Source: Patescibacteria group bacterium
GTDB taxonomy: Bacteria > Patescibacteriota > Patescibacteriia > Buchananbacterales > UBA6539
Direction: 5' to 3'
Length of the DNA: 64,000 nt
NCBI GenBank assembly: GCA_028688055.1
Contig: JAQTYZ010000003.1
Location: 1,191-65,190, forward strand
The position numbers and the translations under genes were made by a program. This document shows, one piece after another, positions 30,001-40,142 of this stretch. Every line of letters starts with the position of its first letter. Position 1 is the stretch's first letter. Below the pieces are notes generated by a model that was not told the DNA's origin, ran no database searches, and saw nothing but the letters and a program-made list of their open reading frames with translations.

Positions 30001-33000
30001 ACCCAACCAGTCTGCCAACGGGTTGGAATCTTGGCGAAAATAATTCGGCGATAACAACCGAAAAGGTAAACGACAGTCCAATTGATAACTATAGTTTGAA
30101 AATAAATAACGATGGCGTTAATGGCACTTGTCGTGATTTTGATAGTGGCGTTTTGTCAGCGATGAAACCTAATACGACTTATCGGGTTTCCTTCTGGGCC
30201 AAGAGTGATTCCGATTTAGCCGAAGCCGACGGCCAGTGGTACGCTGAAATATTATCCAATCACGTGCCTAATGATTATTATTGTAGTCTGGATAATACGG
30301 CTAATTGTGATCCGTTTAATGAAGCAACTTGTAGTGCTGTTGGTAAGGGTGTTTGTGTTGGTGACTGGCAATTGCTACAAATTTCGTCAAATCAATATTT
30401 ATCATTGACCGCCAACTGGCAGCGATTTGTTTTAAATCCAATTACCACCCGAGCGGCTGGGGTTGATTTTAAATTTGCAATTGATAATTGTTCAACCGAT
30501 ACTGCTAATCCGATCTATCTTGACGGTGTTCAGATTGAAGAAGTTTCGACCAACAATCCCGTGCTGACTGATTATAAAGATTACGGTCAGACTAATTTAA
30601 CTTATCTCAAAAAACCGCCGGTTTATTTAAATTGTACCGGGGACTCAACTGATTCTGACGCTTGCGCCAACTATGCGCCATATTGTAAACCCGAAGAAGT
30701 CGGCTGTCAGGCGTTCGCGCCGCTGAGTGGCGGAGCGAAGGTCCCTGCCGTGATCAGACCAACTGATTTTTGTCCGGCCGAATGTGTTGGCTACCAAGCC
30801 TACAAGCAATCGGCGACGCCATTCGAAACGCAGCAAACTTTAGAATACTTTATTTCGTCAACCGCTAAACAATGCAACGCGTCAGCCGCCGGTTGCGATG
30901 AATTTACCAACTTAGATGAAGTGACTCAAGGTGGTGAAGGACGGGAATATTACAGTTACTTAAGGTTGTGTCAGAAGCCAGCTGATGTAGGCGCGAGCTG
31001 CCAGAGTTTTTACACTTGGCAGGGTTCCGATGAAACTGGTTTTCAGTTAAAAACTTACAGTTTGACCGGTGTGGCCGATGCCGCTGGACATCCAATTCCG
31101 ACACCAGCCATTAGTAATATTGATAGTTGGCCTGATCGGTGGTGCAGTGATAAGACGCTGGACGCGAATGGTTTGCCAAATTGTTGCGATGCTGCTGACG
31201 ACTTGGTTGACAATCCTTTTTGCAAACAGTTTTTTGCCGGCGATGGCTCCGTTTCTTATCAAATTTATGATAATACAATTAGTTGCTCGGACGACTGTCA
31301 TCCGTATCGAAAAACCTCATTAGGCGAAGATCCAACGGTGGCCGAGACGAATTGTAATGAGAGTCATGGGGTGTGGGACAACGGCGCTTGCGTTTATCAA
31401 GCGATTCCGGGGCAGGGCTTAAGTTGTTCCGCCAATTTTGCCGGCTGTCGTGAATATCGTGGCAACCAGAGCGGTAACATTTACACCGCCTTGACCGATA
31501 ATTTAGAATCGGGCGAAACCGCTAATTGGATTGACGGCGTTATTAGTAGTGAGGCTTTGAGTGTTGGCGGTCATTCCTTAAAGAGTACTGACAACGGCCT
31601 TGGCGGTCAGCAGGCGGCAACCTTTGTTGGTGATTTAGGAACTGTTTGTAGTGATAATTTACCGGCCTGTTCAGCCACGGTGACCACAAATTGTTATGAT
31701 CAAAGTACTATTAGGTGCTGGGTAAATACCGGTGGTCGATCGTGCCGCGTTAATGTTGGCGATCGTTATTGTGGTGTGGCGGGAAATACCGTTAAGAAAA
31801 GCAAGTCTTATATTCTAAATTTTTGGGCCAAAGCCAGCTCCGCTGTCCAAAACTTCACCGTGGAAATTGGTGATCGAGCAATACCAGTTAATAATATTAC
31901 GATTGGCCAAAGTAATCTCAATGCTGATTGGGGTTATTATTCAATGGGTCCATTTACCGTTGATGATAAGCCGGCTTTTGATCTGACCTCGGCTCAGCTT
32001 AGATTTAAATTGGGTACCGCTGTTACTTTTTATCTTGATAATATCCAGCTCAAAGAAGTTACTGGCCACACGTATGTTATAAAAAATTCATGGCAGACGC
32101 CGATGAGCTGCGACACTAATCCCTATCTTAATCCGCCGATCGCCGCGCCGCAGTATATGTTAAATTGTCAGCAGTATCGCAGTTCCACTGGGGCGATTTA
32201 TAATTTGAAATCATTTGATTCATTGTGTCGCGAGACGGCGGTTGGTTGCGAGGCGATGATCGATACTTATAATTCAGCTTCGCCGGTTGAACAGAAATTT
32301 AATCCCAACGACACCTTATCTGATGTTACTATCCCAGCTGATAAATTGGTTTACCTGGTTAATCGTCCGGAATTTCAATGTGCTTCAACGGTCAAGGGTT
32401 GTGAGGCCGTTGGGTTACCATCATTAAATACTTCTAATAATGTTACCGCGTATAGTACAGCCTATAAAATAAATGATCCTGACAAGTACGACACTATCCT
32501 TTGTAAAAATGAAGAAGTTGGTTGTCAGGAGTATGTTTCGGAAACTGGGTCCGATTACTTTAAGGCTCCGGGCGATAAGGTTTGCGAATATCGAACCATC
32601 CCGGGAACGACCAATTTAGGTTGGTTTATCAGAGGCTCAGTTAGTAATAATCCAGATTGTCCCGTTACTCAGCCGAGCGTTGGGGCGCTTCATCCTGATG
32701 GCAAAAAAGGTTTTGCCGGCTTATGTCCCAGTGAATATAACACGTGCACCCAATTTATCGATCCGATCAATAACGTTGGTAAAAATTTGCTTTATAACGG
32801 TAACCTCTCGGACATCAATAATGACGGCACGCCTGAAGGCTGGGATATTTTAGCAAGCCAGGATGGTCTGGTACAGTCTTTTAAATTAAAAGCGAACACG
32901 TCATATACCCTTAATTTTGTCGCCGACATTAATAACATCAGAGGCAGTTCAGCTGATTTGACGTTCACCGTCAATCATTGTCCCGGCATTTTTTCGTATG

Positions 33001-36000
33001 ATCATTCTTTGATTTATGATCAGGCTGATAATACCTTAATGAAAATGCCGGAGGATACCTATAACCAAGATAACCGCACCAGCGATAATACCAGTCCGGA
33101 TTATATTGAAGGTCTGTCTAACTTTCGTCAATATTCGGCCCGATTCTCGGTACCGGAAGACCAGGATTGTCAGGTTCAGGTTAAGTTGGCCGGTGCCACG
33201 GTTGCGGCTCTAAAAGCAAAGATTAAACAAGTTGGTTTAAGGGAAACCGGTGTTTACTATGCCCTGGGCAATTCGGTTGATAAAATCGGTTGTAACGGAA
33301 TCGTCAATCCGGAAAAGGGTTGCGTTTTATTCAATGATCGCAGTGGTGTCAATTATAAATTAGGTGAAGACGATATCAGCTATTTAGCGTTTGACGCCGA
33401 TGTCAGTGGCCCGGGAGTAAACGGTGGCGTTGGGGTGACCGACTGTGCTGGTAATTGCGATGCCAATGCGGTGATTAATGTTCGTCCGGATCGAACTTGT
33501 GAATCATGGTTAAATTGTAGTGTCGAAGGAACTTACCTCGATAACAAAGGTATTGCCAGAAAATATTGTGCACAAATTGGTTTGTGCGATCGGATGGATG
33601 CCAGCGGCCAATGCACCAATCAGGTCATTGGTAATAAGCAGTCATTGTTTGGTGATCCGGAACAAATTAAAAATTTGAGCGGTTATAGCAGCCCTGGCCT
33701 CATCTTTACCCGAGGAATTTGTGTTGCCCCGGCGGACAATAAGGGTATGACTTGTAACCAAAATTCGGATTGTGCTACTGACGCCAGCGGGGTTTGTGAT
33801 AAAAGTGTTTCGGGGGTGATGTCGTTTGAACAGATGATTCAACAAGGGCAGTCGTTCCGAGTCCCAAATGGTAATTTTGAATTAGCTTTTGGCGCCACCA
33901 CCGAACCAATCGGTTGGTCAACGATTATTGAAGGAACCAATACTGAACCGGTTGAATGGTATGACTATAAATTTAGAGTTGACCGGGATGTTAATAATGT
34001 GATTGAAGGTACCGGTTACCTGCGACTAAATTCTTTCTGGGAAACACAGTCTGAAGAAATTGATGTGGCGGAAGGCGAATTAACAACTATCTCGGCGATG
34101 ATTAATACGCAATTTCTCGAGAATCCGGCTAGTCAGTTAAATCCGACCGGTCAAGCTAAGGCTCAGATTTTAGTTAAAGCTTTGGATAGCAACGGTGCGG
34201 CGGTCGCCATTAAAGATGCCAGTGATGTTGCTTATCCGATGAAATATAATGGTTGGCAGTTGTTACAAAATGCCAACACGGCCTTAGAGGCTCAGGCCGG
34301 TTTGGATTGGCAACAGAAATCATTTACTTTTAAGATGCCAATTGGCGCGGTTAAATTTAAAATCAAGTTGAGTAATTATATTGATGAAGCCAAGTGCATT
34401 GATGCGGAAAGGTATAATCGTAAAGCCAGTAATTGTTCACTTGGTGGCTACTCTTTATTTGATTCAATTTCGTTAAAGCCGATTTTGAAAGTCAGAAATG
34501 AATTACCCGATGATTCGGTTGCGCGCAGTTGCCGTTTGTACCCGACGTCCGATGCGCTGGCCTGCGTGAATATGAAGGATAACGCTGTTTACTTTGGCCA
34601 GTACGGATACTGTGTTACGACGGATCCGCAAAATCCCAGCCAGTGTTTGCAATGGTGGCCGGTTGATCAAATTCAAGGTGAAACCTTGGATGAAGTAACG
34701 TCGGGTTATAACGATCGCGTGCCGCTGGATTATTGCACGCAAAAAAAAGATGTCGTCATTCGCGTTGGGGCCAATGCAACGTTGACGACGCTTGATTTGG
34801 GTAACTCAAATTTGTCAGGCAATTATACTTCAATGGTTAATTCTAGCGGTCAGCAAATGAAATTTTCTCAATTTAATATCAATGATGATTATCGAGCCCT
34901 GTTCCGCTATCCGTATGTTCAGTATTTACAAGTTCATGGTTCAATATCGGGAGGATCATTATTAAGTGGTGCGGGACTTGTCCCGACCATTTTTATCCCC
35001 ATCCCTTATGGTGCGAGGTTGTACAAAGATCATACCTGTTGGAAATTTATTAGTATTTTAGATAATCCAGGTTTTTCGGATATTGCCAACGGGGCGCTTT
35101 CCGGTACAAATGATTTTATTACTAATGGTTTATTCAGTAACCCTCTTTTGAGTGGCATTTTGGGTGATGTAACTTTTTGGCGACCAGGTGACCCAGGACA
35201 CGAAAGTGATGATTATGGTTCTTATTGTTGGAGTACTTCGCCGGGTGAAGACTGGGGTGGTTTTGCCGCTCTGGGCCTTGGCATATCAATTCCGCTTGGC
35301 GATTTTGGTATTGGGGCAGTTGTGTCACTCGGGTTCCCTTATAAGATGGCGCAAGCAACATCAATCTTGACGAGTTTTAATACCGAGCTAAGTAAATTGG
35401 TTGGAACCATGGTTGGTTTGGCCGGACCGGTGGCTGCCAAAATTATTACGGATCAAGATGAGTCAACTGGTAATACCACCAGCGATCCGGTGCCGGACTT
35501 AGAGGGTGATATTCTCGGCATTTCGGCGCAAATGCTGGGTCAAACAAATGGCGCGACCGCTCTCTTAGCGCCGGTTAGAGTTAACGGCGACGTGCCGGTG
35601 AAATATTGTTCCGAACTTGTTAGAGTCGTGACGTCAGCCGGCTCAAACCGAGGTTTTGCTAATCGCTTAACGGCCGGTAGTGGCTTTTTACTTAACGATA
35701 CGATTGACGGCCAACCGCGGCAATATCAATATTATAAACCGTTTGATTTTAGAGAATTGTTAGCCTATCCTAATCCAATGGATTATTATTCTTCCGATTT
35801 TCAGCCCTTTGGCGGTCTCGTGGCACCGACTAACAGTCAGTATCCGACCGCGTGGGACAGTAAATCAAGTCAGTATCGCCAGCCGTTATTTTTTGAGCCG
35901 CCGATGATGACCAGTTACAAAGCACCTTATCAGGCCCGAATGGGTGAAACACATACGGCCGGAAGCATTGAGCAAATTTTTGGCAAAAGCTATGGTATTT

Positions 36001-36644
36001 GGCATTGGGTCTGGAGTTCCGACAGTCTTGGTCAGCCGTTTGACGCTAATCACGGCGGACAATATGAAATTGGACCGATGGGTTATTGCGCTAGCGATAT
36101 AAACATAGCTTGTGCCGTCGATGCCGATTGCGGGTCAGGGTCGTGCTCGTTTACCCTAGATAAAGTGACCGCACCTTGGGATGTAATCGTGACGGCAGGA
36201 GATTGCCCTGGCAACATTAGACCGACTGACGGCACGCTTTGTCGCGTTTTACCGATAATCAGTAATATTAAAGTTAATGATAAGCCGCAAGTTGATATTC
36301 GACAATCAGGGTTGGTGAAGTTGACTTTCACGGTTAAAGTCGACCCGGATCAGTTGCCAATTACCGGTTATTCGGTTGATTGGGGCGATGGCAATACGAC
36401 TATTGTCAACGGTGTTGTTTTGCGAAATCGGGTGAATCCGGATAATCCTTTTGCCCTGTATCATCTTTACACCTATTGGTCGGCGTTTCAGGCCATCGGT
36501 CCTTATAATCTACCGGTTTGTGTTGGTGATAATTGTGTGGCGAAAATAAGAATTCGCGCTAAAGATAATTGGGGTGCGGAAAGCGGGACTGCCAGTAATC
36601 CGTGGATAACAATGAGTGGTAACATAACTATTTATAAAAAATAA
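27036..36644 (+). CDS. Giant (3202 aa) exported Cys-rich protein with several CBM4/9-like domains and a PKD-like C-terminus
   Basis: Uninterrupted ORF; N-terminal signal/TM; NLLANGSFE, NIVDNSSFE, NLLYNGNL and VPNGNFE jelly-roll starts; many CxxxxxGC motifs; VDWGDG near the end. Confidence 0.85.
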   Translation: MPKINIFSKIISVGQKLFFVWSQKTLTVLVIFNMLATSLAPALAYPVTVDTSSLQPLASAVGNAFLKLTLTDVAHAQPYASGYVMPANPMSIIVSDDFTHTNLIYNETAAEARSAAQIALDKATQGLKESAFLAANQTLNAMINSFAYDVATWLASGGKGQQPMFFNQGWGEYMKSLVDDAAGNFIESLAGNWLDFNVCEPINPSLKISIGLGLSDLQRPRKPQCSLSDMVHNWSSLINDKNFLNRFDVIYDPDQNDIGIAFSIFNKYNQEISDELDQGIKDRTEGGGFKAVVAKISKAIKTPSSLVFSQATRLTSEQIDQSDKKVQFGPIVLNAVDTFVSTLIGKLFQRLFKEGLAGDSTSNNPSASGYGANLLSSLLGKLGQNNNDLYSANQTSLQGQSSAQVRFLDLLTTGNNDSKPMDVLTKLTFCPDPKNPGPDECVILPSFAQAVQQGMTLAEAINRGLIDGNAPFGRQSNDPTALYSGLPYRSVVILRTYRIVPVSWEVAAKAINKFDGGKNISLNDLIAQYQDPTAEYYDLVNPNWVLVAPDHLCKETGFGPKILYNESVNGFDANQNGSFNDTGDIQPNRLIGRAEYCADYQSCIQKNDDGSCQYYGYCAEERPVWDFSGGSCKPYYNTCQTFQAPAGDTVSYLKNSLNYNGCSADNAGCQWYCQILNPINNVWTCQNQTERVLKACSQNGGCSVAATCTLSQGETACTDANSSVNLTIASACDSGSRWWNDATSKCDVDSACTIEKGAVSCSTDSCFEQANLLANGSFETPAANPGGLASGWTTDSGTLDFFDRVSGATEKIYDGKSSIRFYTAGQLIGAGDVKSITSSSLALATSGTYTFSARVYSKLNAGNITLSVYDSSGQIASRVISDKNRWQIVSFDFTTSQGSVWVVASIASQGTFLSGTAWFDDFRITPSCVINPVTLNLVGTVEQNESKIHLDRDASDCPSEAAGCSQFIRTIPNSGTNIVDNSSFEDWPNPTSLPTGWNLGENNSAITTEKVNDSPIDNYSLKINNDGVNGTCRDFDSGVLSAMKPNTTYRVSFWAKSDSDLAEADGQWYAEILSNHVPNDYYCSLDNTANCDPFNEATCSAVGKGVCVGDWQLLQISSNQYLSLTANWQRFVLNPITTRAAGVDFKFAIDNCSTDTANPIYLDGVQIEEVSTNNPVLTDYKDYGQTNLTYLKKPPVYLNCTGDSTDSDACANYAPYCKPEEVGCQAFAPLSGGAKVPAVIRPTDFCPAECVGYQAYKQSATPFETQQTLEYFISSTAKQCNASAAGCDEFTNLDEVTQGGEGREYYSYLRLCQKPADVGASCQSFYTWQGSDETGFQLKTYSLTGVADAAGHPIPTPAISNIDSWPDRWCSDKTLDANGLPNCCDAADDLVDNPFCKQFFAGDGSVSYQIYDNTISCSDDCHPYRKTSLGEDPTVAETNCNESHGVWDNGACVYQAIPGQGLSCSANFAGCREYRGNQSGNIYTALTDNLESGETANWIDGVISSEALSVGGHSLKSTDNGLGGQQAATFVGDLGTVCSDNLPACSATVTTNCYDQSTIRCWVNTGGRSCRVNVGDRYCGVAGNTVKKSKSYILNFWAKASSAVQNFTVEIGDRAIPVNNITIGQSNLNADWGYYSMGPFTVDDKPAFDLTSAQLRFKLGTAVTFYLDNIQLKEVTGHTYVIKNSWQTPMSCDTNPYLNPPIAAPQYMLNCQQYRSSTGAIYNLKSFDSLCRETAVGCEAMIDTYNSASPVEQKFNPNDTLSDVTIPADKLVYLVNRPEFQCASTVKGCEAVGLPSLNTSNNVTAYSTAYKINDPDKYDTILCKNEEVGCQEYVSETGSDYFKAPGDKVCEYRTIPGTTNLGWFIRGSVSNNPDCPVTQPSVGALHPDGKKGFAGLCPSEYNTCTQFIDPINNVGKNLLYNGNLSDINNDGTPEGWDILASQDGLVQSFKLKANTSYTLNFVADINNIRGSSADLTFTVNHCPGIFSYDHSLIYDQADNTLMKMPEDTYNQDNRTSDNTSPDYIEGLSNFRQYSARFSVPEDQDCQVQVKLAGATVAALKAKIKQVGLRETGVYYALGNSVDKIGCNGIVNPEKGCVLFNDRSGVNYKLGEDDISYLAFDADVSGPGVNGGVGVTDCAGNCDANAVINVRPDRTCESWLNCSVEGTYLDNKGIARKYCAQIGLCDRMDASGQCTNQVIGNKQSLFGDPEQIKNLSGYSSPGLIFTRGICVAPADNKGMTCNQNSDCATDASGVCDKSVSGVMSFEQMIQQGQSFRVPNGNFELAFGATTEPIGWSTIIEGTNTEPVEWYDYKFRVDRDVNNVIEGTGYLRLNSFWETQSEEIDVAEGELTTISAMINTQFLENPASQLNPTGQAKAQILVKALDSNGAAVAIKDASDVAYPMKYNGWQLLQNANTALEAQAGLDWQQKSFTFKMPIGAVKFKIKLSNYIDEAKCIDAERYNRKASNCSLGGYSLFDSISLKPILKVRNELPDDSVARSCRLYPTSDALACVNMKDNAVYFGQYGYCVTTDPQNPSQCLQWWPVDQIQGETLDEVTSGYNDRVPLDYCTQKKDVVIRVGANATLTTLDLGNSNLSGNYTSMVNSSGQQMKFSQFNINDDYRALFRYPYVQYLQVHGSISGGSLLSGAGLVPTIFIPIPYGARLYKDHTCWKFISILDNPGFSDIANGALSGTNDFITNGLFSNPLLSGILGDVTFWRPGDPGHESDDYGSYCWSTSPGEDWGGFAALGLGISIPLGDFGIGAVVSLGFPYKMAQATSILTSFNTELSKLVGTMVGLAGPVAAKIITDQDESTGNTTSDPVPDLEGDILGISAQMLGQTNGATALLAPVRVNGDVPVKYCSELVRVVTSAGSNRGFANRLTAGSGFLLNDTIDGQPRQYQYYKPFDFRELLAYPNPMDYYSSDFQPFGGLVAPTNSQYPTAWDSKSSQYRQPLFFEPPMMTSYKAPYQARMGETHTAGSIEQIFGKSYGIWHWVWSSDSLGQPFDANHGGQYEIGPMGYCASDINIACAVDADCGSGSCSFTLDKVTAPWDVIVTAGDCPGNIRPTDGTLCRVLPIISNIKVNDKPQVDIRQSGLVKLTFTVKVDPDQLPITGYSVDWGDGNTTIVNGVVLRNRVNPDNPFALYHLYTYWSAFQAIGPYNLPVCVGDNCVAKIRIRAKDNWGAESGTASNPWITMSGNITIYKK

Positions 36645-36704
36645 AACGAGGAGTTTGTCAGTCTTAAGCGTCAAGTCCGTAAGCAGGGTAACTAAAACGA
36701 AGCA

Positions 36705-39700
36705 ATGCTAAACATCAAAAATAAAAAAATTACAGTCGGAATTATTCTAGTGTTAGTGATGTTTGGTTTTTTGAGTTTTGGAATAAAGGCGGTGAGGGCG
36801 ACCGATCCGCCGCCTGGTATGACGGAAGTTCCGGGTCCAATCATTCGTCCCGCCACTCCGGTCGTTGCGCCAGTTGTGCCAATTACCGGCTCTAAGAATA
36901 AATCTTCAGACAGTCAAAGCAGCGGTTTTATGGTTTGGCTGGTGAGCTGGACTGTGCTGCCAATTATTAGGCTTGAAGGTGTAATTATTTCATTGGAAGC
37001 CTACGTGTTAAACACGTTTATGGGCTATAACGGCTTTGTTGATTCTCAGGCGGTGGTTTTGGGTTGGACGCAAGTTCGCGACGTTGCCAACTTATTTTTT
37101 GTGCTGATCTTGTTGGCTATTTCGTTGGGGACAATTTTAAGAATCGAATCGTACAATTTTAAAAAAATGCTGCCCAAGGTTTTGATTATGGCCGTGCTGG
37201 TCAATTTTAGCCGAACCATTTCCGGGTTGATCATTGATTTTTCGCAAGTGATAATGATGACTTTTGCCGCCTCTTTTGCCGGTCGTGATGGTGACGGTCA
37301 TTTAGTGGCAATATTAAACATCCGCAGTATTTTACTTAGTGGCAGCCAAGTTGGCACAAATCAAGTTGCTTTATCGCCGACTGATTTAATTGCTAGCGGA
37401 ATTCTCGCAGTCGTGATGCTTTTAATCGCTATGATTGTTTTGTTGGTAATGTTGGTGGTAATTATAATGCGAATTGTGATGCTGTGGCTGTTGGTAGTTT
37501 TGTCACCTTTGCCATTTATTCTGTCCGCTTTTCCGCAGGGTCAGAAGTATGCCCAGCAGTGGTGGCAGGAATTTACCAAATATATCATTGTCGGTCCGGC
37601 GCTCGCCTTTTTCATTTGGTTAGCTTTTGCCGTGGCTGGGTCATCGGCTGGTAATCAGTCTGGCAAAATTTCCGTTGACGCGATGGGTGATACGACGATT
37701 ACAGCCGCTTCGTTGGGTGGTGAACTTAAGCCAAATAGCCAATTAGCTGGTGTAACAATTAGCCAGCCAGCTGATAAACCGGGTGCGGCGGCGGGGCCAG
37801 CGACTGGCTTAGACACTAAAGTAATTAATGAAGTGGCGCAGCCGGACCAATTTATTTCTTTTATCATCGCCATTGGAATGTTAATGGGCGGTTTAATGTT
37901 GACCCAGCAACTCGGCGTGGCCGGCGGATCATTTGCCGGCAGTATGGCTAATAAGATTAGACAGGGGCGACCACTTATTGCACCTCTAAAGTTATTTGGT
38001 AAAGGTTTGGGTAAAGCGGAAAAAATGTTATATGGTGGAACTGGTATTGGACTTGATCCGCGTCGCGTTTTCCGTGGACTAAGTGAACATATGACGGCTT
38101 GGAATGATCGAATGGAGCGGCAAGGTGCGACCAAAGGCTTTGGTAAGGCTAAAGAAATGGTGGCCGGCCAAAGAGTGGGCCCGAATGGTGAGATTATTAA
38201 TTTGGAAAAAGGTAGAAGTTATCCCAGAAATTTGGCGCGTCGATTTTTCGGTCTGGGTGGAATGATGATGTCGTCACCGGCTGATTTTATGGATAATTAT
38301 GGTACCTTCCGTGGTGCCTGGAAGGGAGCAAAAACTTTATTTAAAGGAACTAGTATTACTGAATTAGAAGACTGGGAGCATGAAAAGCGTGAAAAAAATG
38401 ATAAATTAAGCAGACAGGAAAAATTAGTACACGTGGGCAATGTTTCTGAAAAGGGGCGTGAGCAGTTAATCACCGAAGCAATAGACAAAAATGCTGAAAG
38501 TTATGAAGCCGGATCTCATTTTTTTGCAACGGAAGAGGTTGGAGGCAAGACAACTGTCATCTCAATGTCGCCTGCCGAATTGGATGCTGAAATGGGTAAA
38601 GTTAAAAAAGCTGATTTAAAGAAGTACGGTTTGGATCCTGAAATATTGTCAGACCCCAAAGCAGGCGGGATTGACGTAAATGATCCTGAGTCGGTTGATA
38701 AATTTAAAAAAGCTTTCTTTGGTTATCATGCCGGTAAAATGATTAATGATACCGGTACCTATGTTGATTCAGCCAATACAATTCAAAAGCTTACTGATAC
38801 CGAATTAGAACTTGCGGGTGAAAGATATTATGATGATCAGGTTAAAATAAAGGATGATGAAATCTCTCGCGTTGCTACTGGTGGGCCGACTGATCAACAG
38901 GTTCAAGTTAGACAAAATGAATTGGAGTCCATTAATCAACAGATGTTGAAAGTTTTAAAAAGTATTGAGTCTAGCAATCGCACCGCCACAAAAGAAGAAA
39001 AGTTTGTACTGAGTGAACTGGCCGATAAGGGTGAACGACTTGGCGGCAAGGCGGTCACTGATGCTGTCACGGGTTTACAACATTTTGGTTTGTCATCAAC
39101 TGATCGAGATAATATTCAGCAAATTACCCCCGCTGATTTTGTCGGACGTGCTGCCTTAACGCCAGAAGAATTTAAGCAGTTAGGCGAAAAAGACGATTTG
39201 GGTCGATCAAAACTTGAGCAACTAAAGGAGAATAGGCATGATCTATCGGATGAAATCACTTTGGCAAAAATGAAGCCTGAGGACAGAAGGATCCAGCAAA
39301 ATAAAATTAATGATGGTATAAAAGTGGCTCGAGAAAAGTTGCAGAAGGATGACATGGAAAAGAAGAAGCGAGCTATTGATGTGCCAATTGGTTATGAAGC
39401 GTTGTCTCATGCGCGAGCGGCTGAACGTGAAGAATTGTCAAAGCTGCCCGACAGTATGGAGTGGACGGAAATTGAAAGCGAATTATTTTCAGCAATGCAA
39501 ATGAAGAATACCGCCAGAGTGAGGGCGTTGATGAAAAAAGCGGCGGTTGACTACAATGACAATGAGATTTGGCGTTCATTTGGCTATTCGCAGGATAATA
39601 AAGGGATGAAGGAATTTGGCGATAAAGAATTAGTTGGCGGTCTGGGAATGAACCGGCAAGAAATGTTAAAGTTTATGGACGATGTGGCTTATATCAATGA

Positions 39701-40136
39701 AGATAAGGGTCACTATGATACCGCTCGAATGGTTACCTTGGAAAATGGTATGGCGCGCTGGTCAACGGAGGCGGAACACGCTGCCGCGGTCGCTAATGAG
39801 AATTTGAAGAAAGCCAGTCGTAACTTTTTGCAGAATACTAACCGCTTAGGGTTTGGTGGTGACGATGCGGCTGGTAATTATAAATTGGCAATGTCTGGAA
39901 AATTAACCTTAGCTGGTTTAGGGGATAAAGAACTACAGTTTAGACTTGACCGAGGTGAGTTTAATCCAAGCACGTTGTCAAAAATTGGTTCGGATATTGA
40001 AGGCTTAGAAGATATGGTTAGGCGTGGTTGGCTGACAAGAAAGACGATTGATACCATTAAACAATTTGCGCAAAGAAAAACGGTTGACGCGGCTTACAGT
40101 GAACTTTATAAGCAGGCTAAAAGCGCAACAAAATAA
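36705..40136 (+). CDS. VirB6/TrbL-like polytopic membrane protein with a long C-terminal soluble extension
   Basis: GWTQVRDVANLFF, LIMAVLVNFS...IIDFSQ, RIVMLWLLVVLSPL, QWW.EF; ~700 aa charged tail. Confidence 0.75.
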   Translation: MLNIKNKKITVGIILVLVMFGFLSFGIKAVRATDPPPGMTEVPGPIIRPATPVVAPVVPITGSKNKSSDSQSSGFMVWLVSWTVLPIIRLEGVIISLEAYVLNTFMGYNGFVDSQAVVLGWTQVRDVANLFFVLILLAISLGTILRIESYNFKKMLPKVLIMAVLVNFSRTISGLIIDFSQVIMMTFAASFAGRDGDGHLVAILNIRSILLSGSQVGTNQVALSPTDLIASGILAVVMLLIAMIVLLVMLVVIIMRIVMLWLLVVLSPLPFILSAFPQGQKYAQQWWQEFTKYIIVGPALAFFIWLAFAVAGSSAGNQSGKISVDAMGDTTITAASLGGELKPNSQLAGVTISQPADKPGAAAGPATGLDTKVINEVAQPDQFISFIIAIGMLMGGLMLTQQLGVAGGSFAGSMANKIRQGRPLIAPLKLFGKGLGKAEKMLYGGTGIGLDPRRVFRGLSEHMTAWNDRMERQGATKGFGKAKEMVAGQRVGPNGEIINLEKGRSYPRNLARRFFGLGGMMMSSPADFMDNYGTFRGAWKGAKTLFKGTSITELEDWEHEKREKNDKLSRQEKLVHVGNVSEKGREQLITEAIDKNAESYEAGSHFFATEEVGGKTTVISMSPAELDAEMGKVKKADLKKYGLDPEILSDPKAGGIDVNDPESVDKFKKAFFGYHAGKMINDTGTYVDSANTIQKLTDTELELAGERYYDDQVKIKDDEISRVATGGPTDQQVQVRQNELESINQQMLKVLKSIESSNRTATKEEKFVLSELADKGERLGGKAVTDAVTGLQHFGLSSTDRDNIQQITPADFVGRAALTPEEFKQLGEKDDLGRSKLEQLKENRHDLSDEITLAKMKPEDRRIQQNKINDGIKVAREKLQKDDMEKKKRAIDVPIGYEALSHARAAEREELSKLPDSMEWTEIESELFSAMQMKNTARVRALMKKAAVDYNDNEIWRSFGYSQDNKGMKEFGDKELVGGLGMNRQEMLKFMDDVAYINEDKGHYDTARMVTLENGMARWSTEAEHAAAVANENLKKASRNFLQNTNRLGFGGDDAAGNYKLAMSGKLTLAGLGDKELQFRLDRGEFNPSTLSKIGSDIEGLEDMVRRGWLTRKTIDTIKQFAQRKTVDAAYSELYKQAKSATK

Positions 40137-40142
40137 AACCAA

